Of a stretch of DNA of 60,004 nt, positions 8,987-19,244 are shown one piece after another. Position 1 is the first letter of the stretch; every line of letters begins with the position of its first letter. The notes beneath the pieces were generated by a model. It was not told the origin of the DNA. It did no database searches and saw only the letters and a list, made by a program, of their open reading frames with translations. This stretch comes from Gemmatimonadota bacterium (GTDB lineage: Bacteria > Gemmatimonadota > Gemmatimonadetes > Gemmatimonadales > GWC2-71-9). Both the position numbers and the translations under genes were made by a program. The DNA lies in NCBI GenBank assembly GCA_039591655.1, contig JBDHDE010000010.1:1-60004 (forward strand), written 5' to 3'.

Positions 8987-10612
8987 ATGACCGAACCAGA
9001 TCGCGTGCTCCTCTCGAAGGTCGACGTGCGAGCGGCACCGGGCCGAGCATCGTCCACCGCAGGCCTCCCGCCTGTGCTGGCCAGGCTAGCGGTGAAGCGG
9101 GTGCAGGTCCTGGCCCTGGTGGTGTTCGCGGCCATGGCGACTGGCTGGCTGTTCGAGAACATCGTGCAGGGGGACATACGGTCGGACCTCAGATACTTCG
9201 GCGAGTGGGGCGCGCCCGTCTTCATGACCGCCGCCTCGCTCGTGATGATCGTGCTCGCCCGGATGCCGAGCGTCACCGTGAAGACGGTGCTGACCGCCGC
9301 CCTCGTCTACGAAGTGGCGGTGAGCTGGGGGATCGCGGTCAGCCAGTACTGGGGTGCGTTCCAAAACACGCCGGCAAGCAGCATGAGCGGAGACACAGTC
9401 GGCTTCGCGGGGGTGGCGCTGTGGATGCTGTTCTTCACGGTGGTGGTCCCGACGGAGCCGCGCCGCGCGTCAGTGGCCCTGCTGCTGTCCGCAGCGGCGG
9501 TCCCCGTCGTTTTTTGGCTGGAGGTGCGGGCCGGCCGGGCCCCAGTGCTGCCCGCCGGCGAGTTCTTCTGGATCTTCGTGAGTCCCTACCTGGGAACCGC
9601 CATCTTTGCCTACATCGCCGCCCGCATCGTGTACCGTCTGGGTCAGGACGTGAGCCGCGCCCGGGAGATGGGGAGCTATCGGCTGGTGGAGCGGCTCGGA
9701 CAGGGGGGGATGGGTGAGGTGTGGCGTGCGGAGCACCGCATGCTGGCACGTCCAGCGGCTGTGAAGCTGATCCACCGTGATGCACTCGGTCCCGATTCCG
9801 GCGGGGCCGATACCATGCTCGCTCGGTTCGAGCGGGAAGCCCAGGTCACTGCGGCCCTCCAGTCCCCGCACACGGTGGAGCTATACGACTACGGCATTAC
9901 CGAGGACGGCACGTTCCACTACGTCATGGAGCTGCTGCAGGGAGTCGATCTGGAGCAGCTCGTGCGCAGGTTCGGCACTCTCCCTCCGGAGCGGGTGGTC
10001 CACGTACTGCGGCAGGTCTGCGCTTCGCTGGGGGAGGCGCACCGGCGCGGTCTCATCCACCGTGACGTGAAGCCGGCCAATGTCTATCTCTGCCAGCGGG
10101 CGTTCGAGCACGACTTCGTGAAAGTGCTCGACTTCGGGCTGGCGAAATGGCACGCGAGGTTACCCTCGGAAGAGGACCTGCACCTGTCGCAGACCGGGGT
10201 GATTCACGGCACGCCGTCGTACATGGCGCCGGAGATCGCCTCGGGGAAGGGTCCGGTGGACGGGCGCGCCGACCTCTACGCCGTGGGGTGTGTGGCCTAC
10301 TGGTTGCTCACGAGCCGGCTGGTGTTCGACGAGAAGACGTTCCCGGCGATGCTGCTGGCGCACGCGAATGAGCAGCCGATGCCACCTTCGAAGGCCACCG
10401 ATCAGCCCGTGCCCGCGTCTCTCGACTCTATCGTGCTGTCGTGCCTGGAGAAGGACCCGGCCGAGCGGATTCAGACGGCCGAGGAGCTTGCAGACCGGCT
10501 CGCCGTCGTGGACCTCCCGGAGCCCTGGACGCAGGAGCGGGCGAGACTGTGGTGGGAAGCACACGATGCGGCCGGCGCGGCGAGAGACCACGCCGCACCG
10601 GCCGGACTGTGA
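8987..10612 (+). CDS. Membrane-anchored Hanks-type Ser/Thr protein kinase
   Basis: About six N-terminal hydrophobic helices, then GQGGMGEV, AVK, HRDVKPAN, DFG, GTPSYMAPE. Confidence 0.93.
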   Translation: MTEPDRVLLSKVDVRAAPGRASSTAGLPPVLARLAVKRVQVLALVVFAAMATGWLFENIVQGDIRSDLRYFGEWGAPVFMTAASLVMIVLARMPSVTVKTVLTAALVYEVAVSWGIAVSQYWGAFQNTPASSMSGDTVGFAGVALWMLFFTVVVPTEPRRASVALLLSAAAVPVVFWLEVRAGRAPVLPAGEFFWIFVSPYLGTAIFAYIAARIVYRLGQDVSRAREMGSYRLVERLGQGGMGEVWRAEHRMLARPAAVKLIHRDALGPDSGGADTMLARFEREAQVTAALQSPHTVELYDYGITEDGTFHYVMELLQGVDLEQLVRRFGTLPPERVVHVLRQVCASLGEAHRRGLIHRDVKPANVYLCQRAFEHDFVKVLDFGLAKWHARLPSEEDLHLSQTGVIHGTPSYMAPEIASGKGPVDGRADLYAVGCVAYWLLTSRLVFDEKTFPAMLLAHANEQPMPPSKATDQPVPASLDSIVLSCLEKDPAERIQTAEELADRLAVVDLPEPWTQERARLWWEAHDAAGAARDHAAPAGL

Positions 10613-10618
10613 TCGCCG

Positions 10619-11401
10619 CTACTTGTCGGGAATGAACCCGATCTGCAATCGGTAGTCGATGGCGGTGCCCTCGCTGAACGCCGAGACCTTGAAGTAGAGT
10701 GCCTGCCCCGCAGTGACAATCAGGGTAAGCGCCTCGTTGCCGTTGATCCCCTGCAGATCCTGATCGGAGCGCTCCAACGCCTCGGTGTACTGCCCTTCCT
10801 CGAACGCCTCCAGTACCAGGTCCCCCTCGTCCGCGCGGGTCGCGACCGTAAGGGTGCCGCTACGATCGGCGATGAGCACGTACCAGTCCCAGTAGTCGCC
10901 CGCCCTCCCGTCGATAGATCCGCTGACACTCTGCTGCTCCACGGCGATGGGGATGGCCGTGCTCGGCGAGCCGTCGGGATCCGGTGGGACCTCGAGGTCC
11001 GGGAACGCGAGCCAGGACGCCCCGACGCGAAATCCGGCGGACTCCCAGCTGTAGGTCTCTACCCGCACGCGGTACGTACCGGTCCGGGGAATCGTGACGG
11101 CGAACTGCTCCGCGCCGGTGTCGCCTCCGATGTCCTGGTCGGATCTTCCATCGGGCAACGGCTGCCCGTCGCCGTCGGTCACGACCAGTACGAGGTCGCT
11201 CTCATCGGTGGACCGGGCGATGACGGTGAGGATGCCGGCGGATTCAGCTCGGAACTCGAGCTCCGCGACCTTCTCGCTGCTGGTCGAGCCGGTCGCGATC
11301 CTCCCCGGCAGAAGCTGCTGCGCATAGGCTGGTGCGGCGAGCCCTGCGGCGAGCAGGAGGCCAGCGAGGATGCCCGACATGCCCAGAGTCTTGCGTTCCA
11401 T
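10619..11401 (-). CDS. Secreted protein with tandem PPC-like (pre-peptidase C-terminal) beta domains
   Basis: Signal peptide ending AYA; two repeats of G(I/T)LTV..R..E.DLVL...RSDQD; DYWDWY motif. Confidence 0.6.
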   Translation of the reverse strand: MERKTLGMSGILAGLLLAAGLAAPAYAQQLLPGRIATGSTSSEKVAELEFRAESAGILTVIARSTDESDLVLVVTDGDGQPLPDGRSDQDIGGDTGAEQFAVTIPRTGTYRVRVETYSWESAGFRVGASWLAFPDLEVPPDPDGSPSTAIPIAVEQQSVSGSIDGRAGDYWDWYVLIADRSGTLTVATRADEGDLVLEAFEEGQYTEALERSDQDLQGINGNEALTLIVTAGQALYFKVSAFSEGTAIDYRLQIGFIPDK

Positions 11402-11611
11402 CACAGTCGGCTCCTTCCACGGTTAGATGACAAGATGTGATCTCACGGAAGGTGGTGCAACAATGTGGAGACGGGCGGGAGTGGCCCTTGCGCTGGCCTC
11501 CACGTCGACCGACGATTTCAGGACGGCCTGAGTGCGCTCCAGCTCAGCGGGCACACCCCGGGCTGCCGACGGAGCGGATCGAGGTTGCGGGCTGGGCACC
11601 GCGGAGAGGGT

Positions 11612-12340
11612 ATGGAGCAGGACAGCATCGCAGCGTACGATCTTCCGAGCCGCATCGCGTCCTATGACGCCGATATGGATGTGATGCATCCGAACCGTCA
11701 CAAGATGATCGAGGTGGCGCTCTCCCTTCCCACGTTCGAGGGCAGGGCCTCGCTGCGGGCTCTCGACCTGGGAATCGGCACGGGGGCGTTTACGTGCCGG
11801 TTGCTCGAACGCTACCCCACCGCTCACGTGATCGCCGTCGACGGTGCCAGCGCGATGTTGGACGTGGCGTCCCATCGCCTCGGGGACCAGCGGACGCTAG
11901 TCGAGTTCCGGGTCGGCAATTTCCGGGAGCTGGATGCCCTTCTCGCTCCCGCCGAGAAGGGCCATCTCGTCATCTCGTCCTACGCCCTGCACCACCTCGA
12001 TCCGGATGCCAAAGCCCTGGTGATCCGCCGGTGCGTGGCGTTCCTGGAGCCCGGCGGGTGGTTCTTGAACGCGGACATCGTGCTGGGAGCCACCGAGCAG
12101 ATCGAGTCACGGCTTCAGGAGCTCAGGGTCAAGGGGATCCTCGAGCGGGCAGACCCGCACGATCCACGGTTCGGGGATGCAGAGCGGGCTCGGGAGTTCC
12201 TCCGGGACCTCGAAGCGAACGAGGGCGACCAGCCCCTGACCCTGGAACAGGACCTCGAGATCCTGCGAGGCAGCGGCCTCAGCCACGCGGGAGTCTTCTG
12301 GCAGGAGTACCGTGAGGCGGTGACGGGCGGCATCAAGTAG
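11612..12340 (+). CDS. Class I SAM-dependent methyltransferase
   Basis: LDLGIGTG motif I, VISSYALHHL, LEPGGWFLNAD; start at MEQDS after GGAGAGG. Confidence 0.88.
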   Translation: MEQDSIAAYDLPSRIASYDADMDVMHPNRHKMIEVALSLPTFEGRASLRALDLGIGTGAFTCRLLERYPTAHVIAVDGASAMLDVASHRLGDQRTLVEFRVGNFRELDALLAPAEKGHLVISSYALHHLDPDAKALVIRRCVAFLEPGGWFLNADIVLGATEQIESRLQELRVKGILERADPHDPRFGDAERAREFLRDLEANEGDQPLTLEQDLEILRGSGLSHAGVFWQEYREAVTGGIK

Positions 12341-12395
12341 CCTACAAGCGCCTCGCCCTTCTACGATTCTCCAGCATTCACTCTACGGAGACGCC

Positions 12396-15314
12396 ATGCG
12401 CGCGACTGTTCTGTGCACCCTCGCTCTCCTCGTCGGCCTTTCTACGCTGCATGCGCAAGAGAGCTCCAAGGTTCCCCTCGACCACTCGGCCTACGACGAG
12501 TGGAGGACCATAGAGGGCGAGGCGCTCTCGCGCGACGGCCACTGGCTGCTCTACGGTCTCGCCCCGCAGGATGGTGACGCCGAGCTGCGGGTCCACGGAC
12601 TGGAGTTGGACTCGTTGTACGCGGTGCCCCGCGGCAGTGAAGCGGCGTTCACGGCCGACGGCGCATTTGCCGTGTTCCTGATCGGGCCGGAGCTGGCGCT
12701 GGTGCGGCAGGCGAGGCGGGAGGAGAAGAAGAAGGACGATCTGCCGCAGGACTCCCTGGGCATCCTCGACCTTGCCACAGGTGAGGTGGTGCGCGTCGAG
12801 CGGGTTAAGTCGTTCCAGCTCCCGGAGGACGTTGGAGGATGGCTGGCGTATTTGCTGGAGCGCCCGGTGGAAGAGGACAGTGCCGCCGAGGAGGAGACGG
12901 TCCCGGGGGAGCAGCCGGACACGGCGCACGTAGAGCAAGAGCCCGACACGGCCCTGGTCCCACAGGAACCCGATACCGCGCAGGCGGAGGAGAAGGACGA
13001 TGACGAGGTCGGCACGCCGCTGGTGCTGCGGCATCTCACCACGGGGGAGGAGCGGCGCTTCGAGCACGTGATGGAGTACGTGTTTGCCAAGGATGGCCGG
13101 CGTCTCGCGTACGCGGTCTCCAGTCCCGATGGGAGCGGCGACGGAGTGTGGGTGGTGGAGCCGGCCTCGGGTGAGAGCGTGCCGCTGCTCACCGGCCGGG
13201 GCACCTACGAGTCCTTGGCGTTCGACGAAGAGGGACGGCAGGTCGCCTTCCTCACGAACCGCGATGACGTTGACGCGGAGCAGCCCTCCTACGCGCTGTA
13301 TCACTGGCGTGTGGGCATGGAGGGCGCACGGCGGGCGGCGCACGAGGGTGCCGAGGGAGTGCCGCAAGGATGGTGGGTGAGCGAGCACGGCGAGCCGTCG
13401 TTCTCGGAGAGCGGCCGCCGTCTGTTTTTCGGCACGGCGCCGCGGCCGGCTCCGGAGCCGGAGGACTCGCTCCTCGACGAGGAGAAGGTGACGGTCGACA
13501 TCTGGCACTGGCAGGATCCCTACCTCCAGCCGATGCAGCTGGACCGGCTCGACGAGGAACGGAAGCGCCACTACACCGCGGTTGTGCACCTGCGCCACGG
13601 CACAGTCGTGCAGCTCGCGACCCTCACCGTCCCCGAGGTCGCCGTAGGCGCGGAGGGTGACGCAGACGTAGCACTGGGAAGCTCGGTGCTGCCGTATCGA
13701 CAGCTCCGCTCCTGGGACTTCCCGTGGTACCGCGACGTCTATCTGGTGGACGTGCGCACGGGGGAGCGGGAGCTCCTGCTGGAGAAGACACAAGCGAGGC
13801 CGTCGCTTTCCCCCGACGCGAAGTACGTGGCGTGGTACGACAACCGGGAGGAGGCCTGGTTCGCGCAGTCGACCCGCGGCGGCGGCTCGGTGAAGCTCAC
13901 CCAGGGGATCCCGCACCCCCTCTACGACGAGGAGGATGACACACCGAGCCCGCCGTCTCCCTACGGCAGCGCGGGGTGGACCGAAGACGATCGGGAGTTT
14001 CTGGTCTACGACCGCCACGACATCTGGGCCACGGATCCGACCGGCAGGTCTGCGCCCCGCAATCTCACCGAGGGCATGGGCCGCGCCGAGAACCTGCGGT
14101 TCCGCTACGTGCGGCTCGATCCCGAGGAGGAGGCCATCGCGGACGAGCAGCCGCTGCTCCTTGGGGCAATCCACTACCACACCAAGGCGGCGGGGTTCTT
14201 CCGCGCCCGCGTGGAAGGGGACGCACAACCGCAGCGCCTCCTGTTCATGGACCGGCGCTTCACCACTCCGCGCAAGGCGCGTGACGCCGATCGGTTCTTC
14301 TTCCATCGCTCGTCGGTGGATGAGTTTCCCGACGTGTGGGTGAGCGACCTCGACTTCGCCGAGCCGCGTCGGGTGAGCGACGCGAATCCGCAGCAGGCCG
14401 ACTACCTGTGGGCGACCGTGGAGCTCGTGGAGTGGCGGTCCACCGATGGCGTCCCCCTCCAGGGCTTGCTCTACGCACCGGAGGACTTCGATCCGTCGCG
14501 ACAGTACCCGCTGATCGTGTACTTCTACGAGCGGAATTCCCACAACCTGCACACCCATTACCCGCCGCTGCCGCACCGATCGGTGATTCGGCCGACCTTC
14601 TACGCCAGCCGCGGCTACGTGGTGTTCATTCCGGACATCGTGTACCGGGAGGGCTATCCCGGCCAGAGCGCGCTGGACTGTGTTGTTCCCGGGGTGCTCG
14701 AGGTTGCGCGGCGAGGATTCATCGACGAAGAGAACATCGGTATGCAGGGGCACAGCTGGGGCGGCTACCAGATCGCCTACATGGTGACCCGCACCAACCT
14801 CTTCAAGGCAGCGGCGGGGGGCGCACCGGTCTCCAACATGACCAGCGCGTATGGTGGGATTCGCTGGGGCTCGGGGATGAGCCGCATGTTCCAGTACGAG
14901 CGCACCCAGAGCCGCATCGGTGCGAGCCTGTGGGAGGCACCGCTGCGTTACCTGGAGAACTCGCCTGTGTTCTGGGCCGACAAGATCGAGACGCCGCTCC
15001 TCATGATGCACAACGATCAGGACGGGGCAGTGCCGTGGTACCAAGGGATCGAGCTGTTCGTGGCCCTGCGGCGGCTGGGTAAGCCGGCCTGGCTCGTGAA
15101 CTACAATGGGGAGCCACACTGGCCGACTACTTATGCCAACAAGCGGGACTGGAACATCAGGCTGCAGCAGTTCTTCGATCACTACCTGAAGGGTGCGCCG
15201 GCCCCTGAGTGGCTCGTCCGGGGCGTTCCGGCGCTGGAGAAGGGGCGGACCCTGGGGCTGGAGCTGGTGGGGCAGGAAGCGGCGGTGCCGCAGGAGGGTG
15301 GCTCCCCCCGCTAG
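12396..15314 (+). CDS. Secreted S9 family prolyl oligopeptidase / acylaminoacyl peptidase
   Basis: Signal peptide, beta-propeller-like repeats, nucleophile GHSWGG, DGAVPW (Asp), GEPH (His). Confidence 0.92.
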   Translation: MRATVLCTLALLVGLSTLHAQESSKVPLDHSAYDEWRTIEGEALSRDGHWLLYGLAPQDGDAELRVHGLELDSLYAVPRGSEAAFTADGAFAVFLIGPELALVRQARREEKKKDDLPQDSLGILDLATGEVVRVERVKSFQLPEDVGGWLAYLLERPVEEDSAAEEETVPGEQPDTAHVEQEPDTALVPQEPDTAQAEEKDDDEVGTPLVLRHLTTGEERRFEHVMEYVFAKDGRRLAYAVSSPDGSGDGVWVVEPASGESVPLLTGRGTYESLAFDEEGRQVAFLTNRDDVDAEQPSYALYHWRVGMEGARRAAHEGAEGVPQGWWVSEHGEPSFSESGRRLFFGTAPRPAPEPEDSLLDEEKVTVDIWHWQDPYLQPMQLDRLDEERKRHYTAVVHLRHGTVVQLATLTVPEVAVGAEGDADVALGSSVLPYRQLRSWDFPWYRDVYLVDVRTGERELLLEKTQARPSLSPDAKYVAWYDNREEAWFAQSTRGGGSVKLTQGIPHPLYDEEDDTPSPPSPYGSAGWTEDDREFLVYDRHDIWATDPTGRSAPRNLTEGMGRAENLRFRYVRLDPEEEAIADEQPLLLGAIHYHTKAAGFFRARVEGDAQPQRLLFMDRRFTTPRKARDADRFFFHRSSVDEFPDVWVSDLDFAEPRRVSDANPQQADYLWATVELVEWRSTDGVPLQGLLYAPEDFDPSRQYPLIVYFYERNSHNLHTHYPPLPHRSVIRPTFYASRGYVVFIPDIVYREGYPGQSALDCVVPGVLEVARRGFIDEENIGMQGHSWGGYQIAYMVTRTNLFKAAAGGAPVSNMTSAYGGIRWGSGMSRMFQYERTQSRIGASLWEAPLRYLENSPVFWADKIETPLLMMHNDQDGAVPWYQGIELFVALRRLGKPAWLVNYNGEPHWPTTYANKRDWNIRLQQFFDHYLKGAPAPEWLVRGVPALEKGRTLGLELVGQEAAVPQEGGSPR

Positions 15315-15467
15315 GTGCCGCTCGGGGGCCGCTGCGAGGAGGGCCGCGGGCCGAGGACGGCGGTCGCCCTCGCCTGCGACGCCCGTGGTCCTTATCTTCC
15401 TTTATTCCGATAGAGGTACTCGGGTAGGCGCCCTCTCCGGCGCCCGCCCTAGGGGTCTCCACGACGA

Positions 15468-16079
15468 ATGCAAGCCAAACAAGCCCGGGTTCCAGGTGAC
15501 GTGACGCGCCTTCTCGCGGCGGCCCGCGCCGGCGAGAGCGAGGCCCTCGACCGGCTCATGCCCCTGGTGTACGACGAGCTGCGGGGCCTGGCGCGCCACC
15601 GGCTGGGCCGGGAGCGGGCTGCTCACACGCTGCGCGCCACCGAGCTCGTGCACGAGGCCTACCTCAAGCTCGCCGGGGGCGGGGCAGCGGCCGCCTCGGA
15701 CCGGGCCCACTTTCTGGCTATCGCCTCTCGCGCCATGAGGCAGGTGCTGGTGGACCACGCGCGCCGCCGGCAGGCGGCCAAGCGCGGGGGCGAGTGGGAG
15801 CGGACCACCCTCGGTGGTGGCAACGACGCCATGGAGGTCCGGCCCGACGAGGTGCTGGCCCTGGACGAGGCATTGGAGGAGTTGGAGCCTCGGCAACGGC
15901 AGGTCGTGGAGTACCGCTTCTTTGGTGGGATGGAGGAGCAGGAGATCGCCGCACTGCTCGACGTGTCCGAGCGCACCGTGCGGCGGGATTGGGTGAAGGC
16001 CAGAGCTTGGCTCTACCGGACGCTCTATGGCGAGAGCGCCCGCGGAGAGCGCCACACCGAGGGTCCCCCTACCGCATGA
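15468..16079 (+). CDS. ECF-type RNA polymerase sigma factor (kinase-associated, TIGR02999-like)
   Basis: LMPLVYDELR, HTLRATELVHEAYLKL, AMRQVLVDHAR, VSERTVRRDW..ARAWL. Confidence 0.9.
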   Translation: MQAKQARVPGDVTRLLAAARAGESEALDRLMPLVYDELRGLARHRLGRERAAHTLRATELVHEAYLKLAGGGAAAASDRAHFLAIASRAMRQVLVDHARRRQAAKRGGEWERTTLGGGNDAMEVRPDEVLALDEALEELEPRQRQVVEYRFFGGMEEQEIAALLDVSERTVRRDWVKARAWLYRTLYGESARGERHTEGPPTA

Positions 16080-19000
16080 GCCCAGAGCGCCGCCAGGAGA
16101 TAGAGGCTCTTTTCGAGGGCGCGCTGGAGCGCGAGCCGGCCGAGCGTTCCGGTCTGCTGGACCGCGCCTGCGGCGACGACGTCGAGCTCCGGGCGGAGGT
16201 CGAGGCGCTGCTCGCGGCGCATGAGCGGGCCGGGGGCGTGTTGGAGAGCGACCCCACGCGCGCAGCGGCCGAGGCGATCGCCAGCTCGCCGGTCGGCGAG
16301 CGCATCGGGCGGTACCGGATTCTGGCGGAGCTGGGTCGGGGCGGGATGGGCGTGGTCTACCTGGCCGAGTCCGATGACAGCACGTTCCGCCGGCAAGTCG
16401 CCGTCAAGGTTATCCCCGGCGGCCCCGGGATGGGTGAGCTCCACCGCCGCTTCGAAGCGGAGCGCCGCATCCTTGCCTCGCTGGACCACCCGCACATCGC
16501 CCGCCTGCTCGACGGCGGGCTCACTGATGACGGCCGCCAGTACCTCGTGATGGAGCACGTGGAGGGGCTACCCATCGACGAGTACTGCGAGCGCAACCGC
16601 CTCGGCGTCGACGATCGCCTCCGGCTGTTCTGCACCGTGGCCAGGGCGGCGCACCACGCGCACCGCAGTCTGGTGGTACACCGTGACCTCAAGCCGTCCA
16701 ACGTCATGGTGACGTCGGAGGGGGTGGTGAAGCTGCTGGACTTCGGGATCGCGAAGATGCTGGACCCCACGTCCTTGGGGCACACGGCCCCCCTCACCCT
16801 GACAGGGATTCGCCTCATGACGCCGGAGTACGCCAGTCCGGAGCAGGTGCTGGGTGATCCCGTCACCACGGCCACCGACGTCTACGGGCTGGGGGCGGTG
16901 CTGTACGAGCTTCTCACCGGTGTCACGCCGTTCCGACTGGTGGGCCGCACGTGGGGCGAGTGCGAGCGGCTGATCCTGGAGGAGGAGCCGCCCCGGCCCA
17001 GCACGGCGGTGGGTCTGGTGGGAGGCGCCGCATCGGCTCGCGGTAAGACCACCGGGGACAATGGAGGTCCTCCGCTGCACCTCGGCGGGTGGGAGCCCAC
17101 GGGAACTGAGGTGCACGACCTGGAGCGCAGGAGGAGAGCGAACCACCTGCGGCGCCGGCTGCGGGGCGACCTGGATCGCATCGCGCTCATGGCGCTGCGC
17201 AAGGAGCCCGCCCGACGGTACGGCTCAGCGGAGCAGTTGGCGGAGGACGTCGAGCGCCACCTCGACGCCGAGCCGGTGCTGGCCCGGGGCGACGCGGCCC
17301 CGTACCGGGCTCGCAAGTTCATCTTCCGGCACCGCTGGGGCGTGGGGGCAGCAGCCCTGGTGGCGCTCTCGGTGGGGGGCGGAGTGGTCACGACGAGCTG
17401 GCAGGCCCGGGAGGCCGCCGAGCAGGCTACCATCGCGGCGGCGCAGCGCGACCGGGCGACCCGTGTCGCGAGCCTGATGATGGAGGTCTTCCGCCTCACG
17501 GATCCCACCGAGTCCCTGGGCGACACGATCACGGCACGCCAGATCGTGGACCAGGGGATCGAGCGGATCATGGCACAGTTGGGCGATCAGCCGGACGTCC
17601 AGTCGGCCATGCTGTTGGAGGTCGCCCGGGTGTACGAGAACCTCGGACTGCTATCGCGGGCCGAGGAGCTGGTACAGCGCTCTCTCGTGCTGCGCGCGGA
17701 GCACTTTGGTGAGGAGAGCCTAGAGACTTCGGAGAGCCGCAGCAGGATGGGACAGATCCTGGCGGCGCGGGGTCGGCGGCCGGAAGCCATCGAGCAATTC
17801 CGCCGGTCCATCGAAGTCCGGGAGGCGCGGCTCGAAGCGCCGGACTCTCTCTTGGCGGCGACCCAGGCGAGTCTCGCCTTCGAGCTGCGCTCCGCCGGCC
17901 ATTACGACGAGGCGAAGAAGCTGTTCCAAGCGGCGGTCGCCACCCAGCGGGGCCTCCCCGGCGATGACGCGACCGTGGCCAACACGCTCCTCGGGCTCGC
18001 GGCCACCTACCACGACCAGGGTGCGTTCGACGAGGCGGAGGCCCTGTTCCAAGCGGCGCTGGCGGAGTACGACCCGTCACGCCCGCACCCCATGGCGGCA
18101 GCGGCGCTGCTCAACGTGGGCATGATCCGCCGGCTGCGCGAGCAGTACAGGTCAGCCGGGCCGCTGGTCGAGGCGGGGTACGAGATGCGCGTCGCGCTGT
18201 ACGAACCCGAGCACCCCGCGGTGATCGAGGGGCTGTCGCAGTGGGGCATGTTGCTTCAGGCCCTTGGCCGCCTGGAGGAAGCGGAGCGGCAGCTCGAGAC
18301 GGCCGTGGAGCGGGGAAATCGCAAGCTCGGCCCCGAGCACGAGATGACGACCACCGCCCGGGCGACGTTGGCGCACCTACTCACCCAGACCGGTCGCTAC
18401 GCCGAGGCCAGTGCGCGGCTGGACACGGTGCTGGCCGCCAAGCGGGGGCGCCACGAGGCGGGTCATCCGAGCATAGTGTTCAGCCTGGTCCAGTCGGCCG
18501 ATCCCCACCTGGAGGCAGGACGGCTGCGCGAGGCGCGTGCCTTGCTCGACGAGGCCATGGCGATCACGGGGCCACAAGGCGTCTACGGCCTGCTTGCGCT
18601 GCACGGGTTGGCCGACATCGCCTTGCGTGAGGGCCGGCTCGACGAGGCCGATCGCCTGCTGGACGACGCCCTTGCGATTGCTGCCGAGCGTCTGCGGGAC
18701 AATCACCGCTACACGCTGGCGCTGCGGCGCTCGCAGGCGGCGGTGCTCATCGAGCGGGACCGGGCGCAGGATGCCGCCGCGCTGCTCGAGAGGGCCTTGG
18801 CGGACGAACGCGCCAAGCTACCCGAGCCCCATCCCAAGATCGGCTACACGCTGCTGTGCCTGGGGGAGGCGTACCTGGGTGTCGGCGAGCCATACAGGGC
18901 CGACAGCATCCTGCAGCGGGCCGCCCGCAACTTCGCAGAGCTACCGGCCGCCCACTGGCGCCACGGCGAGGTGATGAGCCTCAGGGGTCTCGCGCTCCGG

Positions 19001-19126
19001 GCCCAGCACGGTGCAGGTGAGGTAGAAGCGGAGTGGCTGCTGGGCGAGGGGCTTCGGGTCATCCGGGCGCATCTCGGGCCCGACGCCCCGCAGGCCCGGC
19101 GAGCGGCAGCGCGGCTTCGACGCTAG
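16076..19126 (+). CDS. Ser/Thr protein kinase with TM helix and extracytoplasmic TPR repeats
   Basis: ATGA overlap with the sigma gene stop; GRGGMG, HRDLKPSN, DFG, TPEYASPEQ; TM after RHR; TPR-like repeats. Confidence 0.92.
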   Translation: MSPERRQEIEALFEGALEREPAERSGLLDRACGDDVELRAEVEALLAAHERAGGVLESDPTRAAAEAIASSPVGERIGRYRILAELGRGGMGVVYLAESDDSTFRRQVAVKVIPGGPGMGELHRRFEAERRILASLDHPHIARLLDGGLTDDGRQYLVMEHVEGLPIDEYCERNRLGVDDRLRLFCTVARAAHHAHRSLVVHRDLKPSNVMVTSEGVVKLLDFGIAKMLDPTSLGHTAPLTLTGIRLMTPEYASPEQVLGDPVTTATDVYGLGAVLYELLTGVTPFRLVGRTWGECERLILEEEPPRPSTAVGLVGGAASARGKTTGDNGGPPLHLGGWEPTGTEVHDLERRRRANHLRRRLRGDLDRIALMALRKEPARRYGSAEQLAEDVERHLDAEPVLARGDAAPYRARKFIFRHRWGVGAAALVALSVGGGVVTTSWQAREAAEQATIAAAQRDRATRVASLMMEVFRLTDPTESLGDTITARQIVDQGIERIMAQLGDQPDVQSAMLLEVARVYENLGLLSRAEELVQRSLVLRAEHFGEESLETSESRSRMGQILAARGRRPEAIEQFRRSIEVREARLEAPDSLLAATQASLAFELRSAGHYDEAKKLFQAAVATQRGLPGDDATVANTLLGLAATYHDQGAFDEAEALFQAALAEYDPSRPHPMAAAALLNVGMIRRLREQYRSAGPLVEAGYEMRVALYEPEHPAVIEGLSQWGMLLQALGRLEEAERQLETAVERGNRKLGPEHEMTTTARATLAHLLTQTGRYAEASARLDTVLAAKRGRHEAGHPSIVFSLVQSADPHLEAGRLREARALLDEAMAITGPQGVYGLLALHGLADIALREGRLDEADRLLDDALAIAAERLRDNHRYTLALRRSQAAVLIERDRAQDAAALLERALADERAKLPEPHPKIGYTLLCLGEAYLGVGEPYRADSILQRAARNFAELPAAHWRHGEVMSLRGLALRAQHGAGEVEAEWLLGEGLRVIRAHLGPDAPQARRAAARLRR

Positions 19127-19244
19127 GCGAGACGCAGACAACGGAAGGACTCCCACCACTGTCCATGGAGCTCTGGGGGCAGGCGTGTTAGCGGAATCGT
19201 GTCCGGTAGCCGCCTGCTCTTGCGCAGCACTCCAGTGAGGGGCA

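Noticed and set aside
12378..15182. 934 aa antisense ORF, and similar long shadow ORFs such as 2315-3796, 7503-9050 and 38279-39865
   Set aside because: They overlap well-supported genes, carry no motifs, and are expected from high-GC codon bias.
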